A stretch of 64,000 nt of DNA from Calditrichia bacterium (GTDB lineage: Bacteria > Calditrichota > Calditrichia > JAJRVZ01): the NCBI GenBank assembly GCA_963796965.1, contig CAWCNS010000005.1, forward strand, positions 64,001 through 128,000, in the 5' to 3' direction. Every line of letters begins with the position of its first letter. The stretch's first letter is position 1. The position numbers and the translations under genes are program-made. Below are positions 1 to 9,998 of this stretch, one piece after another. A model generated the notes under the pieces. The model was not told the DNA's origin. It searched no databases and saw only the letters and a list, made by a program, of their open reading frames with translations.

Positions 1-406
1 CATTTAACAAACTTATTATCTTTTTCAGAGGGATTGGTTCTCCCATGCTCTCAACACCCAGCCAAAAATAAGCGTCGTTTATTTTGAAGAGATTAATAAC
101 CACTATTTTGTCTTTGGCAAATAGGTAACCATGCTGCTGAGCATTATTAATTGCTTCAACCAATGCTATGATTAAACTTTGTATTTTGTCGGCCTGTATA
201 CCATAAGATTTAAGTTTGCATTCAATTTGGTTACTTATCTGCACCAAATCGTTTACAGAGCTCGCATTTACGGTAAATTTATTAATTTTTATATCTTCAA
301 GTCTTATTGTCTGGGGGGATTTCTTTATTTCTTTAAAGTCACCTTTTATTAAGCCATTTATAGTCGAATGCTGGTTTTGGAGTGTTAAATTATCAAAATC
401 CTTCAT
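1..406 (-). CDS. RsbW-like anti-sigma factor / HATPase_c protein, partial (runs off the window start)
   Basis: Manual translation, absent from the ORF track: GGAGG RBS, then MKDFDNLT...IIALVEAINNAQQHGY... (ExxxNAxxHG N-box). The frame is open to base 1. Confidence 0.75.
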   Translation of the reverse strand, partial: MKDFDNLTLQNQHSTINGLIKGDFKEIKKSPQTIRLEDIKINKFTVNASSVNDLVQISNQIECKLKSYGIQADKIQSLIIALVEAINNAQQHGYLFAKDKIVVINLFKINDAYFWLGVESMGEPIPLKKIISLLN

Positions 407-686
407 CTTGATTTCCTCCGGTTACACTGTTATAATAATAATTATTAGAGGTGAAGAAAAGATGAAGAAATGAGGTATAGTAAAGAGGAAGCGTTATATC
501 TTTCTTAATCTTTTATTTCTGTAGGATAGTAGATCATCGCCAGATCTTTTTTTGTCAATTCGGGATTGGAGAAAATTCAAGAATTGTCCATGATGAACAA
601 CAAATTAATGGTTTAAATTGCAAATATTTATCCTATCAAGTATTTTGTTTAAATCTTATCAGAATTCTTAAAATCGAAAAGCAAAT

Positions 687-1537
687 ATGGAAATTATCGA
701 ATTATTTAAAACGTTGCCCGCTGTACTTAGGATTGTTTCTATCGTGTTATTGGCAGTGCTGGCGAATATTTTGGTGCGTGGGATCCAGCGATTAAGCCAA
801 TGGCTTTTGTCTTTAAAGTTATCGAGTAGCGACTTTAAAACAGAGAATATTGTAAAACGCTATCCTAAAATTGTTACTATCACGACAATTCTGGTCAGCG
901 CCATCACTTTTACAATTTATTTTCTGGCTATTGGATTGATCCTGCAGGAATTTAATATCTCTTTAACCGCATATTTAGCCAGCGCTTCAGTGATCGGTCT
1001 TGCCATAGGCTTTGGGGCACAGGGTTTTGTTCAAGATGTTGTCATTGGCCTGACACTAATTTTTTCGGATGCCCTGGATATAGGAGACGTAGTGGACCTC
1101 TCCGGGCAGGTCGGACGAGTAGAAAGAATCGGATTAAGATTTACAACGCTTATCAATTTGTATGGACAACAGATTTACATACCAAATCGAAATATTTCTG
1201 CAATCGGCCAATTTCGGGGAGGGTGTATTCGAGCCTATGTTGATATCCAATTGCCGGAACAGGTTGATGATAAAATTGATCACCGAAAAAGTTCATTCTA
1301 TTGGGCTGGGTATGCATCAACAGCATAAGTCAATTATTCTGAACCCTCCGGAGATATTTGGTATTAAAGAGACGAAAGACGGTAACTGGCGGTATTTGCG
1401 GATCAAAGTTTCGTATATGGCCGGGACAAGTTGAACTTATCGAAAAGTCCTTTAAACAACGGGTCATTTTGATTATGAAGCAGCTATATCAGGAATATGC
1501 TGAATGGATGATTACTGTTACCTACAAGGTTGAGTGA
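687..1537 (+). CDS. MscS-family mechanosensitive channel protein (two apparent frameshifts)
   Basis: GLAIGFGAQGFVQDVV, IGDVV, GRVERIGLRFTTL and IPNR motifs. The C-terminus continues in other frames (the 1162-1434 ORF, then ...WMITVTYKVE* at 1537). Confidence 0.8.
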
Positions 1538-1689
1538 ATGCGGTGGAAATATTCGTTAAAATTTTAGAAATATTATAAGTCGTAATTTGTTATTATAAAT
1601 AATGCGCTATAAAAAATCTCAGTCTCCTTCTATAAATTTAAAAAATCGAAAAAGTTAAGACTCTTGACTAATTAAAATTGGATAATACG

Positions 1690-3495
1690 ATGGCTAAAGC
1701 ACAAGATTGGAAAACAGCCAAAAAACTTCGCAAAGAAAAAATTGTTGAAATAAAGGCACCCTCGGGCGCGGTAATGTTGAAGGAACTACCGGCAACAGCT
1801 ATCTGCGGTAATGATATCAGTTCTTCCTGTTTGTACGTGTCCGCGCTATCGATTATTTACGCCGGGAAGTATGCATGGATTGCACTTTTAATGGTCGCCG
1901 GCGTTCTTTTTCTGTTCCGGAAGATCTATGGTGAGGTTGTTGGTGCATTACCGTTGAATGGTGGCGCATATAATGCTTTACTCAACACGACCAGTAAATC
2001 TATAGCCTCTCTCGCCGCTGCGCTTACTCTTTTGTCATACATGGCAACTGCCGTAATCTCTGCCAGCGAAGCGATGCATTATGTACATGCATTGTGGTAT
2101 GGATTGCCCGTTATTGAGACAACAATTGTACTACTGGCATTTTTTATGGTTTTGACCATCATTGGTATTGGAGAATCATCCAGGGTTGCGGTGGTGATAT
2201 TCGTTACTCATTTAGTATCCCTGACTGTTCTGGTATTTGCGGTGGGTTTATATATCACCCAAAATGGATTTGGTGTTCTCGAAGCCAATTATCGCTTGCC
2301 GGTTGAAGGTGGATTGGTGATGGCGTTATTTTTCGGGTTTTCAGCAGCCATGCTTGGCATTTCCGGATTCGAGAGTTCGGCAAATTTTGTGGAAGAACAA
2401 GCGCAGGGAGTCTTTCCCAAGACGCTTCGAAATATGTGGATTGTTGTTAGCATTTTTAATCCACTTATCGCTTTTTCAGCCCTGGCCATCGTACCCATCG
2501 CTGATGTAGCAGTAAATCAGGAAGCTTTGCTTGCACATATGGGTGAGATTTCTGGAGGTACCTGGCTTTCATGGTTTATCTCGATTGATGCCGCTTTTGT
2601 TCTAAGCGGCGCCGTCCTCACGTCCTTTGTTGGGGTTGGTGGTCTTATACAACGGATGGCTTTGGATCGGACGCTTCCCCAGTTTTTACTTAAATTGAAT
2701 AAAAGGAAATCAGCCCACCGGATAATGATTGCATTTTTTCTTCTTTGTGTCTCAATTTTATTGATTACGCAGGGAAAACTTGGGGCATTAGCGGGCGTTT
2801 ATACAATTTCATTTCTGTCGGTAATGGTTTTGTTCGGTTTAGGAAACATCCTGCTTAAAGTCAAGCGGGCCCGCCTACCCAGGCCTGAAAGAGCTGGTGG
2901 TATTGCTTTGTTAATTGCGATAACTGCAGTACTGGCAGCGCTTGTAGGAAATGCCATTCTTAATCCCGTGTATCTTGGCGTTTTTCTGGAATACTTTATC
3001 CCCACCATTGGCATTGTTGCTGTGATGCTTTATCGCACAACCATACTTAAGGGTTTACTATACCTATTAAAACACATTTCCGACAAACTACAGTCTATAG
3101 TCTCATTTGGGAACCAGACGTTGATTAAAATGATCAATGATATCAATAAGCAGGAATTTGTATTTTTCACAAAAGATGATAATGTGTCCGTTTTAAATAA
3201 AGTAATGATCTATGTAACTGAAAATGAGCAAACCCGAAAGTTGAAGATAGTAACTATTCTGCCGGAAGATGCTTCAGTAAGTGCGGGTCTCGAACGGGAT
3301 ATTGAGGTTCTTGATCGTGCTTATCCCGATATCAAAATCGAATTTGTGAAAATGCAGGGCGAATTCGGGCCTAAATTAATTGCAAAGCTATCTAAAGAAT
3401 GGAAAATTCCACCCAACTTTATGTTCATAGGATCACCCGGGGATCATTTTCCTTACAAATTAGCTGATCTCGGTGGCGTTCGATTAATCATTTAG
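1690..3495 (+). CDS. APC-family amino acid permease with soluble C-terminal domain
   Basis: ATAICGNDISSSCLY, GALPLNGGAY and GISGFESSANF motifs; about 12 TM segments. Confidence 0.85.
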   Translation: MAKAQDWKTAKKLRKEKIVEIKAPSGAVMLKELPATAICGNDISSSCLYVSALSIIYAGKYAWIALLMVAGVLFLFRKIYGEVVGALPLNGGAYNALLNTTSKSIASLAAALTLLSYMATAVISASEAMHYVHALWYGLPVIETTIVLLAFFMVLTIIGIGESSRVAVVIFVTHLVSLTVLVFAVGLYITQNGFGVLEANYRLPVEGGLVMALFFGFSAAMLGISGFESSANFVEEQAQGVFPKTLRNMWIVVSIFNPLIAFSALAIVPIADVAVNQEALLAHMGEISGGTWLSWFISIDAAFVLSGAVLTSFVGVGGLIQRMALDRTLPQFLLKLNKRKSAHRIMIAFFLLCVSILLITQGKLGALAGVYTISFLSVMVLFGLGNILLKVKRARLPRPERAGGIALLIAITAVLAALVGNAILNPVYLGVFLEYFIPTIGIVAVMLYRTTILKGLLYLLKHISDKLQSIVSFGNQTLIKMINDINKQEFVFFTKDDNVSVLNKVMIYVTENEQTRKLKIVTILPEDASVSAGLERDIEVLDRAYPDIKIEFVKMQGEFGPKLIAKLSKEWKIPPNFMFIGSPGDHFPYKLADLGGVRLII

Positions 3496-3834
3496 TATAC
3501 GTGTGCGAACAAAAGATTGAAAGAAGGAGGGAAAATACTCACCATACTTTCGGTACTATTCATCGTGAGACCTGTTTAGTTCCCTTGACGTTAGTCAGCA
3601 AATCATCATGAGATCGTCCGTTTGATTTTTCTTAACAGATCATGAAATACATTGAAGTTATCTTTGAATTTATTAATATCATTTAAATCGGATATGTTCA
3701 ATAAATATTAATAATACCTGAAATCAAAGTGCTCGTCTTATAACTAATATTAAAAATAAACTAAAATAGAAATTTTTGTGGGATGCACTGGAAAAACGGG
3801 GAAGCGATTACAAAGTTTTAAAGGAATTTAGAAA

Positions 3835-5292
3835 TTGCCCTATACAAATTCGGATGAACATCAGACTGATTATTCCCGCAAGTGGTATATTCTTTTTTCT
3901 GTGGGCATGGGTGTGTTTTTGGCGACGATCGACGCCAGCATCGTCAATATCGCATTACCAACGCTTGTAAAGACATTTGATACCAAGTTTGCTGTGGTGC
4001 AGTGGGTAGCCTTATCCTACATGCTGACCATCGCCACACTTATCCTAAGCATGGGCCGGCTTGGCGATTTAAAAGGCAAAAAGGGTATTTACCTCAGCGG
4101 GATGATTATTTTTACTCTCGGTTCGATTCTGTGCGGGCTTTCGCAAACCGTTTACTGGTTGATTTTTTTCAGGATTGTACAAGGTGTCGGCGCTGCCATG
4201 ATGGCTTCTCTCGGCACAGCGATGGTTACCGAGGCCTTTCCGGGCAGGGAACGAGGCAAAGCCCTGGGCACGATTGGCGGAATTGTAGCAATCGGAATCA
4301 TTTCCGGTCCGGTACTGGGTGGGATTCTGATTGACGCCATCTCCTGGCACTGGATATTTTTTGTAAATATTCCGATTGGTATTCTAGGCTCGTTTATGGT
4401 GCTACGATTTGTCCCTGTTTCAAAGGTGGTTAAGGAACAAAGTTTTGATTTTGCCGGCGCTGCAACCATGTTCATTAGTGTCTTATCCTTCCTGCTAACC
4501 CTGACCCTGGGACAGAATATGGGCTTCCGCCACCCTATCATTATCCTGCTGTTTGCTGTTTGGATCGCATCATTTATTTTCTTTTTATACCTGGAACTGC
4601 AAGTTCAGCATCCGATGATCGATTTGCATATTTTCCGCAATAGCCTGTTCAGTTTGAATCTGTTCACCGGTTTTCTCTCATTTATCGCCACAGCGGGTGT
4701 GGTACTGCTGATGCCTTTTTACCTGGAAAATGTTTTGGGTTATAATCCGCACCAGGTAGGATTTTTATTAGCAACTGTGCCCATATCTGCAGGTCTGGCC
4801 AGCCCGGTTGCGGGGACGATGTCCGACCGCTATGGCTCGCGCTTAATTTCAACGTTGGGATTGGCTGTTTTAGCTAGTGGTTTTTACAGTCTAACTACCC
4901 TGAATGAGGATACGGCGGCGTTAGGTTATATTTTGCGATTTTTGCCCGTTGGGCTGGGGTTGGGTATTTTTCAGTCGTCCAATAACAGCGCCATTATGGG
5001 TGCGGCACCCAAAAAGTACCTTGGCATTGTGTCCGGACTATTATCAATATCACGCACGCTGGGGCAAACCTCCGGGATAGCGGTCATTGGTGCTTTCTGG
5101 GCGGCGCGCGTTTCGTTTTATGCCGGAAACGATTTTATAGTTGGTCCCACGCGCAGCAATATAACTGCACAGGTGCATGGTTTGCAAGATGCGCTAAGCG
5201 CAATCGTTATTATAGTCGCTTTCGGACTTTTTTTAAATATCTGGGGCCTGATGTTGGAGTGGATGCGCAAAAGTTCTATGAAAAAATCATGA
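3835..5292 (+). CDS. DHA2 (EmrB/QacA-like) MFS efflux transporter
   Basis: DASIVNIALP, GRLGDLKGKK and GPVLGG motifs; ~14-TM pattern. Confidence 0.9.
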   Translation: MPYTNSDEHQTDYSRKWYILFSVGMGVFLATIDASIVNIALPTLVKTFDTKFAVVQWVALSYMLTIATLILSMGRLGDLKGKKGIYLSGMIIFTLGSILCGLSQTVYWLIFFRIVQGVGAAMMASLGTAMVTEAFPGRERGKALGTIGGIVAIGIISGPVLGGILIDAISWHWIFFVNIPIGILGSFMVLRFVPVSKVVKEQSFDFAGAATMFISVLSFLLTLTLGQNMGFRHPIIILLFAVWIASFIFFLYLELQVQHPMIDLHIFRNSLFSLNLFTGFLSFIATAGVVLLMPFYLENVLGYNPHQVGFLLATVPISAGLASPVAGTMSDRYGSRLISTLGLAVLASGFYSLTTLNEDTAALGYILRFLPVGLGLGIFQSSNNSAIMGAAPKKYLGIVSGLLSISRTLGQTSGIAVIGAFWAARVSFYAGNDFIVGPTRSNITAQVHGLQDALSAIVIIVAFGLFLNIWGLMLEWMRKSSMKKS

Positions 5293-5990
5293 ATCAATTA
5301 CCTTCAAATACTAAAATCTGCCAAATTTGTGGTAAAAGCTTTAAAAAATCCGAACTTTTTCCAGCAGAACTGGTCCGCGATACAGTGCTCAGAAAAATTA
5401 AAACCGAATTTCCCGGATGGTCGGAAAAAGAATATATTTGCCAGGACGATTTAAACCGATTCCGGACAAAATATGTAAATTCTCTGCTCCAGGATGAAAT
5501 GGGTGAGATTACGAAACTGGAAGAGGAAGTCTCTGAAAAGCTTCTCAAACATGAAACCTTGTCTTTAAATATTTTTGATGAATCTCTAAAAGACCGGACA
5601 ATTGGGCAAATTATGGCTGATCAAATGGCAGCTATCGGTGGCAGTTGGGGTTTTATTATTGGTTTTGCTTTTTTCCTAATGGCCTGGATGCTTATCAATT
5701 CGTACCTGTTATTAGCCAAACCTTTCGATCCCTATCCCTTCATTCTGTTAAACCTGGTTTTGTCCACCCTGGCAGCTATTCAGGCGCCCGTCATTATCAT
5801 GAGTCAGCGCCGGCAGGAGATTAGAGACCGGCTGCGGGCGGAGAATGACTACAGGGTTAACCTGAAAGCGGAACTGGAAATCCGACAGCTTCATGAAAAA
5901 TTGGACCATATTTTGTTAAGCCAATGGAAGCGACTGATTGAAATTCAGGAAATTCAGATTGAAGTGATGAACGAGTTGAAAAAGAAATAA
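5289..5990 (+). CDS. DUF1003 domain membrane protein
   Basis: GGSWGFI, FDPYPFILLNLVLSTLAAIQAPVIIMSQ and DYRVNLKAELEI motifs; ATGA overlap with the MFS stop. Confidence 0.9.
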   Translation: MNQLPSNTKICQICGKSFKKSELFPAELVRDTVLRKIKTEFPGWSEKEYICQDDLNRFRTKYVNSLLQDEMGEITKLEEEVSEKLLKHETLSLNIFDESLKDRTIGQIMADQMAAIGGSWGFIIGFAFFLMAWMLINSYLLLAKPFDPYPFILLNLVLSTLAAIQAPVIIMSQRRQEIRDRLRAENDYRVNLKAELEIRQLHEKLDHILLSQWKRLIEIQEIQIEVMNELKKK

Positions 5991-6021
5991 TCAAACTTAC
6001 TGTATGGGAGGATAATAAATT

Positions 6022-7086
6022 ATGGCAAGATTTTTTAAAAGCAGAGAAGCAAACAAGGGCCTCGCACCCGGCTCATTGGTCTTTATAGGCAATAAAAAAT
6101 TGGAGAATATCCGAATCAGACTAATTGATTTTGATAAGGATAATCTCAATGAACAAGAGTTAAAAGATATTGCGGAGGGAGGGAAATATAGGGATACCAA
6201 TACGGTTACCTGGATTAATATCGATGGACTCCACGACCCTGATCATATCAGTAAAATTGGAAAAACCTTTGATCTTCATACATTGCTGTTAGAAGATATT
6301 TTAAACACCGGGCAACGTCCGAAAATGGAAGAGTTCGATAATTGTCTCTTCATTGTATTAAAAATGCTTCAGTATGATGACGAGAAACAGATCATTATTG
6401 CAGAACAGCTCTCTTTGATAATAAGTCACACATTTTTAATAACTTTTCAGGAACGGGTTGGTGATGTGTTCGAACCTGTAAGGGATAGAATCAGAAAGCA
6501 AAAAGGTAGAATCAGAGAGGTAGGAATAGACTATTTAGCCTATGCCTTATTAGATACGGTAGTGGATAACTACCTTTATCTCATCTCAGAAATTGGTGAA
6601 AAGATTGAAGACATCGAAGTTGGAATTTTAGAAGACACGTCTGAAAATACGCTGGAAAAAATAAATAATTATAAACGCGAAATGAGTTATATCCGAAAAT
6701 CACTCAGACCAACAAAGGATTTTATTTCTATGTTGTGCAGATTGGAATCGGAGTATATTCGGGATGAAACGAAGCCCTTCTTGAACGATTTGCTAGATCT
6801 CATTACCCAGGCTACAGAAGCAATTGACATGTATAGAGAAATGCTCTCCGATCAATTGAATATTTTCAACAGCAACGTCAGCAATAAGATGAATGACGTT
6901 ATGAAAATACTTACGATATTCGCAGCAATCTTCATTCCCTTAACATTCATAGCAGGGATTTATGGCACCAATTTTGAGTATCTACCTGAGTTACATTTTA
7001 AATATAGTTACTTTATATTTTGGGGGGTTATGGTCACTGTCGCAATCAGCATGCTTTTATTTTTCAAGAGAAAAGGCTGGTTGTGA
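6022..7086 (+). CDS. corA: Magnesium/cobalt transporter CorA
   Basis: GLAPGSLVFIG start, WINIDGLHD, QRPK, and MKILTIFAAIFIPLTFIAGIYGTNF (GxN variant of GMN). Confidence 0.93.
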   Translation: MARFFKSREANKGLAPGSLVFIGNKKLENIRIRLIDFDKDNLNEQELKDIAEGGKYRDTNTVTWINIDGLHDPDHISKIGKTFDLHTLLLEDILNTGQRPKMEEFDNCLFIVLKMLQYDDEKQIIIAEQLSLIISHTFLITFQERVGDVFEPVRDRIRKQKGRIREVGIDYLAYALLDTVVDNYLYLISEIGEKIEDIEVGILEDTSENTLEKINNYKREMSYIRKSLRPTKDFISMLCRLESEYIRDETKPFLNDLLDLITQATEAIDMYREMLSDQLNIFNSNVSNKMNDVMKILTIFAAIFIPLTFIAGIYGTNFEYLPELHFKYSYFIFWGVMVTVAISMLLFFKRKGWL

Positions 7087-7140
7087 TTAGGAGATATTTT
7101 GTTCTTTTATAAGTATCTGTTACTAGTATCAGATTTGGGA

Positions 7141-7289
7141 AAGCGAACTTCGTATCAGTATAAACCGAACCTCGGATAGGAGTAGACCGAACCTCGGTTT
7201 AGGGGCAACCGAAGTTCGGTTTAAACCACACCGAAGTTCATTTTCTATCATACCGGGGTTCAAATTATAGCAAACCGAGTACTCGGTTT
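7141..7289. repeat. Seven-unit tandem array, exact 22-bp period, near-palindromic core ACCGAA(C/G)(C/T)TCGGT
   Basis: (C/G)CG core starts at 7143, 7165, 7187, 7209, 7231, 7253 and 7275; linkers of about 10 bp vary. Confidence 0.9.
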
Positions 7290-7325
7290 ATTGATTATTA
7301 TTATAGTAATAAAAATACCAATAGT

Positions 7326-9748
7326 TTAATCCAATGCATTCTGAGACATCTCACGGATGGCCTGTTCAACACTTTCTGGAACAATTGTTTCAGTTTTCCT
7401 TACTTTATCGGTGGACACCGTAACCCTTAACGCTCGCAATCCCTGTACACCCTGCAGATCCTGTAGTCAACATCTTCAACTTCGTCGTCAATATAACCAC
7501 CGTTCTGCAGATAATTGATAAATTCACGATATTCATAGGCATCTTTTGTATGGGAATAGACAATGGCAATTTTTCCTGGTTGCGTCAGTCGTTCATCACT
7601 CGATTTTATCAGCGCCTTGTCGATACGCTTTTTCACAATCTCATATTTTACATTATAGGCACCGTTCACATCAAATCGCTTTTCATCAAAGCGAAATTGT
7701 ATCGAAATCGGGGTGCTCTGAACCAGAATCAGATGAGCGGTTTCCAAGGGCATTTTTAACTCATCCTTTAAAGTATTAGATTTTTCAATGATGCCACACA
7801 TCAGGATCAATTGCCACAAACGTAAATTTTTCAAATAAATGGGATTAAAATCCCGATTTTCCACAAGCGAAGCACCGATGTAAATATTATAATCGACACC
7901 ATCCGTTTTATATTTTTCAAAATAATGAGGGAACATTTCCTGCGCCTTATCTTCTTCACTATCGATAAATGCGGAGATCGTGTCATTTATCCGGGCAACA
8001 CTTTCTTCGAAATCCTTACGTTTGTTATAGACAAAACCTAGATTGGGATCTAACGCGTCACAATATTTTTTTATTTTCTTTTGTACCTTGATATCATATT
8101 CCTGAAGGTGGTCAAATAAGGGTTCAATTTCGTTGTGCAGAAAATCCAGCACCAGCCTCTCTTCATCCGCGTTTAATGCCTGTGAAATTTCAGACTGATA
8201 ACTGCCAATACGATAAATCAGCTCTTCAAATATGGGCATAGGCTTTATCTGCTTTGCCTGTTGGATAACGTTCTTAGCCAGATTTAAGTGCTCAATCAGA
8301 TCTTCCTGGATAACGTGATTTCGTGTGGTAGAAGAACCGCGAATATCGGACAATCCATACAGGGAATAAACATCATCAAAAACGATCGGTTCCATCTCGG
8401 CAAAGCCGCCGGCGGATTCTTTCTGAATTTTATTGAAGGCCGCGTTACGAAAACGCCATTCCACTGACGGATGTATTGCTGTGGCTTCTTCCCTGATAAT
8501 GTTCTGGAGGCGATTTGATAATGCCTCCATATGTCTTCTCATCGCCAACACGAACAGCGGCATCAAACTCTCTAGTTTGAGCATATTAATTCCGTTTATT
8601 ACAGCAGGTTTTTTCGCTGCCAATTCAACAAGACCTAACAGTTGGTTCTCATAGATCAGGGGAAATAGAGCAATATTTAAAAATCCGTTATCTACTAGTT
8701 TTTCCTCAATACTGGTGCGGTTGTCGTATTTGGCTATATCGAGAACAACTACCGGCTCCTGGCTGTCTATCATACGTCCGTAAATAGATTTCTGAAAATT
8801 GTTGGGACAATATTCTTCTGTAAGACTTAATAAAAGGCTACGTCCTGTTGCAAGTCCACAATCATGTAGCAGATCCTTTCCCCCTCTTATGCTAGAAAAA
8901 CCTATCTCCAATTCGGGTAGACGAAACAATGAGCGCATTTTCTGCTGCAGACTATCAAATACCGTGTCCGATCTCAAAACATCATTTTTACTCATTTCGT
9001 ATTTTAACTGAGATAATAATTCGCCGTCCGTAACGTCGATGGCTTTATAGAGGCCAAAACCCTGAAATTCGAAATTTTCTATGGGGATGATCTTTTGCCA
9101 CACGTCTAAATTTGTCAAATTATCATGAAGATCCTTTTTCTCTTCATTTGTCAGTGGTTTTACTTTTTTCAGATTTCTGATTTCAATAAATTGGGGATCG
9201 ACTTCGACTTTATAATACCTGTCTAAACCAGTGATCTGATCCTCAAAATGAATAATCCAGGGAAAATCAAAATCTATATCGATGTTATAAAAACGCTGTA
9301 ATATCTTTCTATAAGCATAAAGCATGACAACCAGATACTTTTTTTCATCTTCCGGTTTTTTCTGGTTTTTGTTACATTCCTGAATATAGTCAAAAAGCTG
9401 GCGGTAAGCGGGTGTGGCATAGATAGTCTGCTGGGTAAAGGGAATAAAAGCAGCGGCAACTTCACTTTTTTGCAGTGCTGGCGGAAAAATAACCGTCATC
9501 AATAACTCAATAAGATCTTTGTGTTTTTCAAGGATTTTTAGGTCATTAATAGGTTTTAGTAATTCCGGGGCCTCCTCTAGCTGCGCCCTAACAGTGCTGG
9601 CATACATTTTACTCAGCGCCTTATTGGTAAGGATTTCTTTCTGCCAAAATTCAACCAGCAGCCGCAGATTTAGCATGCTTTTAATTGGAAACGAAAATTC
9701 TTTATTAACCTTGTCACTCTTGGATTTATTTGTTGATGTATTATTCAT
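7326..9748 (-). CDS. Large GAF-domain protein (frameshift near the C-terminus)
   Basis: 773-aa ORF with a GAF-like segment (IALFPLIYENQLLGLVELAA). The alternate frame gives LQDLQGVQGLRALRVTV...NALD* ending at 7326. Confidence 0.75.
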
Positions 9749-9770
9749 TTATTCCTCGAATTTGTTTTTT

Positions 9771-9800
9771 TATCGACGCGATTAATCGCGTCGATACTAC
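9771..9800. repeat. REP-like perfect 26-bp palindrome next to GTAG (minus strand)
   Basis: TATCGACGCGATTAATCGCGTCGATA (9771-9796) followed by CTAC. Confidence 0.75.
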
Positions 9801-9998
9801 AAATTAATTTCTGAAATTATGTATATATGTTATACTAACGTAACTTAGGGCCAATAATGTTCCCGATTTCAGGAAAACCATGTAAGAAATTTTTAATATT
9901 TCCGGCAATACCCTGTACATATTCTGATGCAGATTTTAACTAATAAGTGAAAATATTTCAGAATTCCCCAAAAAGCTGTACACAATCTCGAAGTCTGA

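Noticed and set aside
216..473. 85-aa plus-strand ORF
   Set aside because: Shadow of the minus-strand RsbW-like gene.
7141..7289. CRISPR array
   Set aside because: Repeat core (~12 bp) and linkers (~10 bp) are far too short, the repeats are degenerate, and there are no cas genes in the window.
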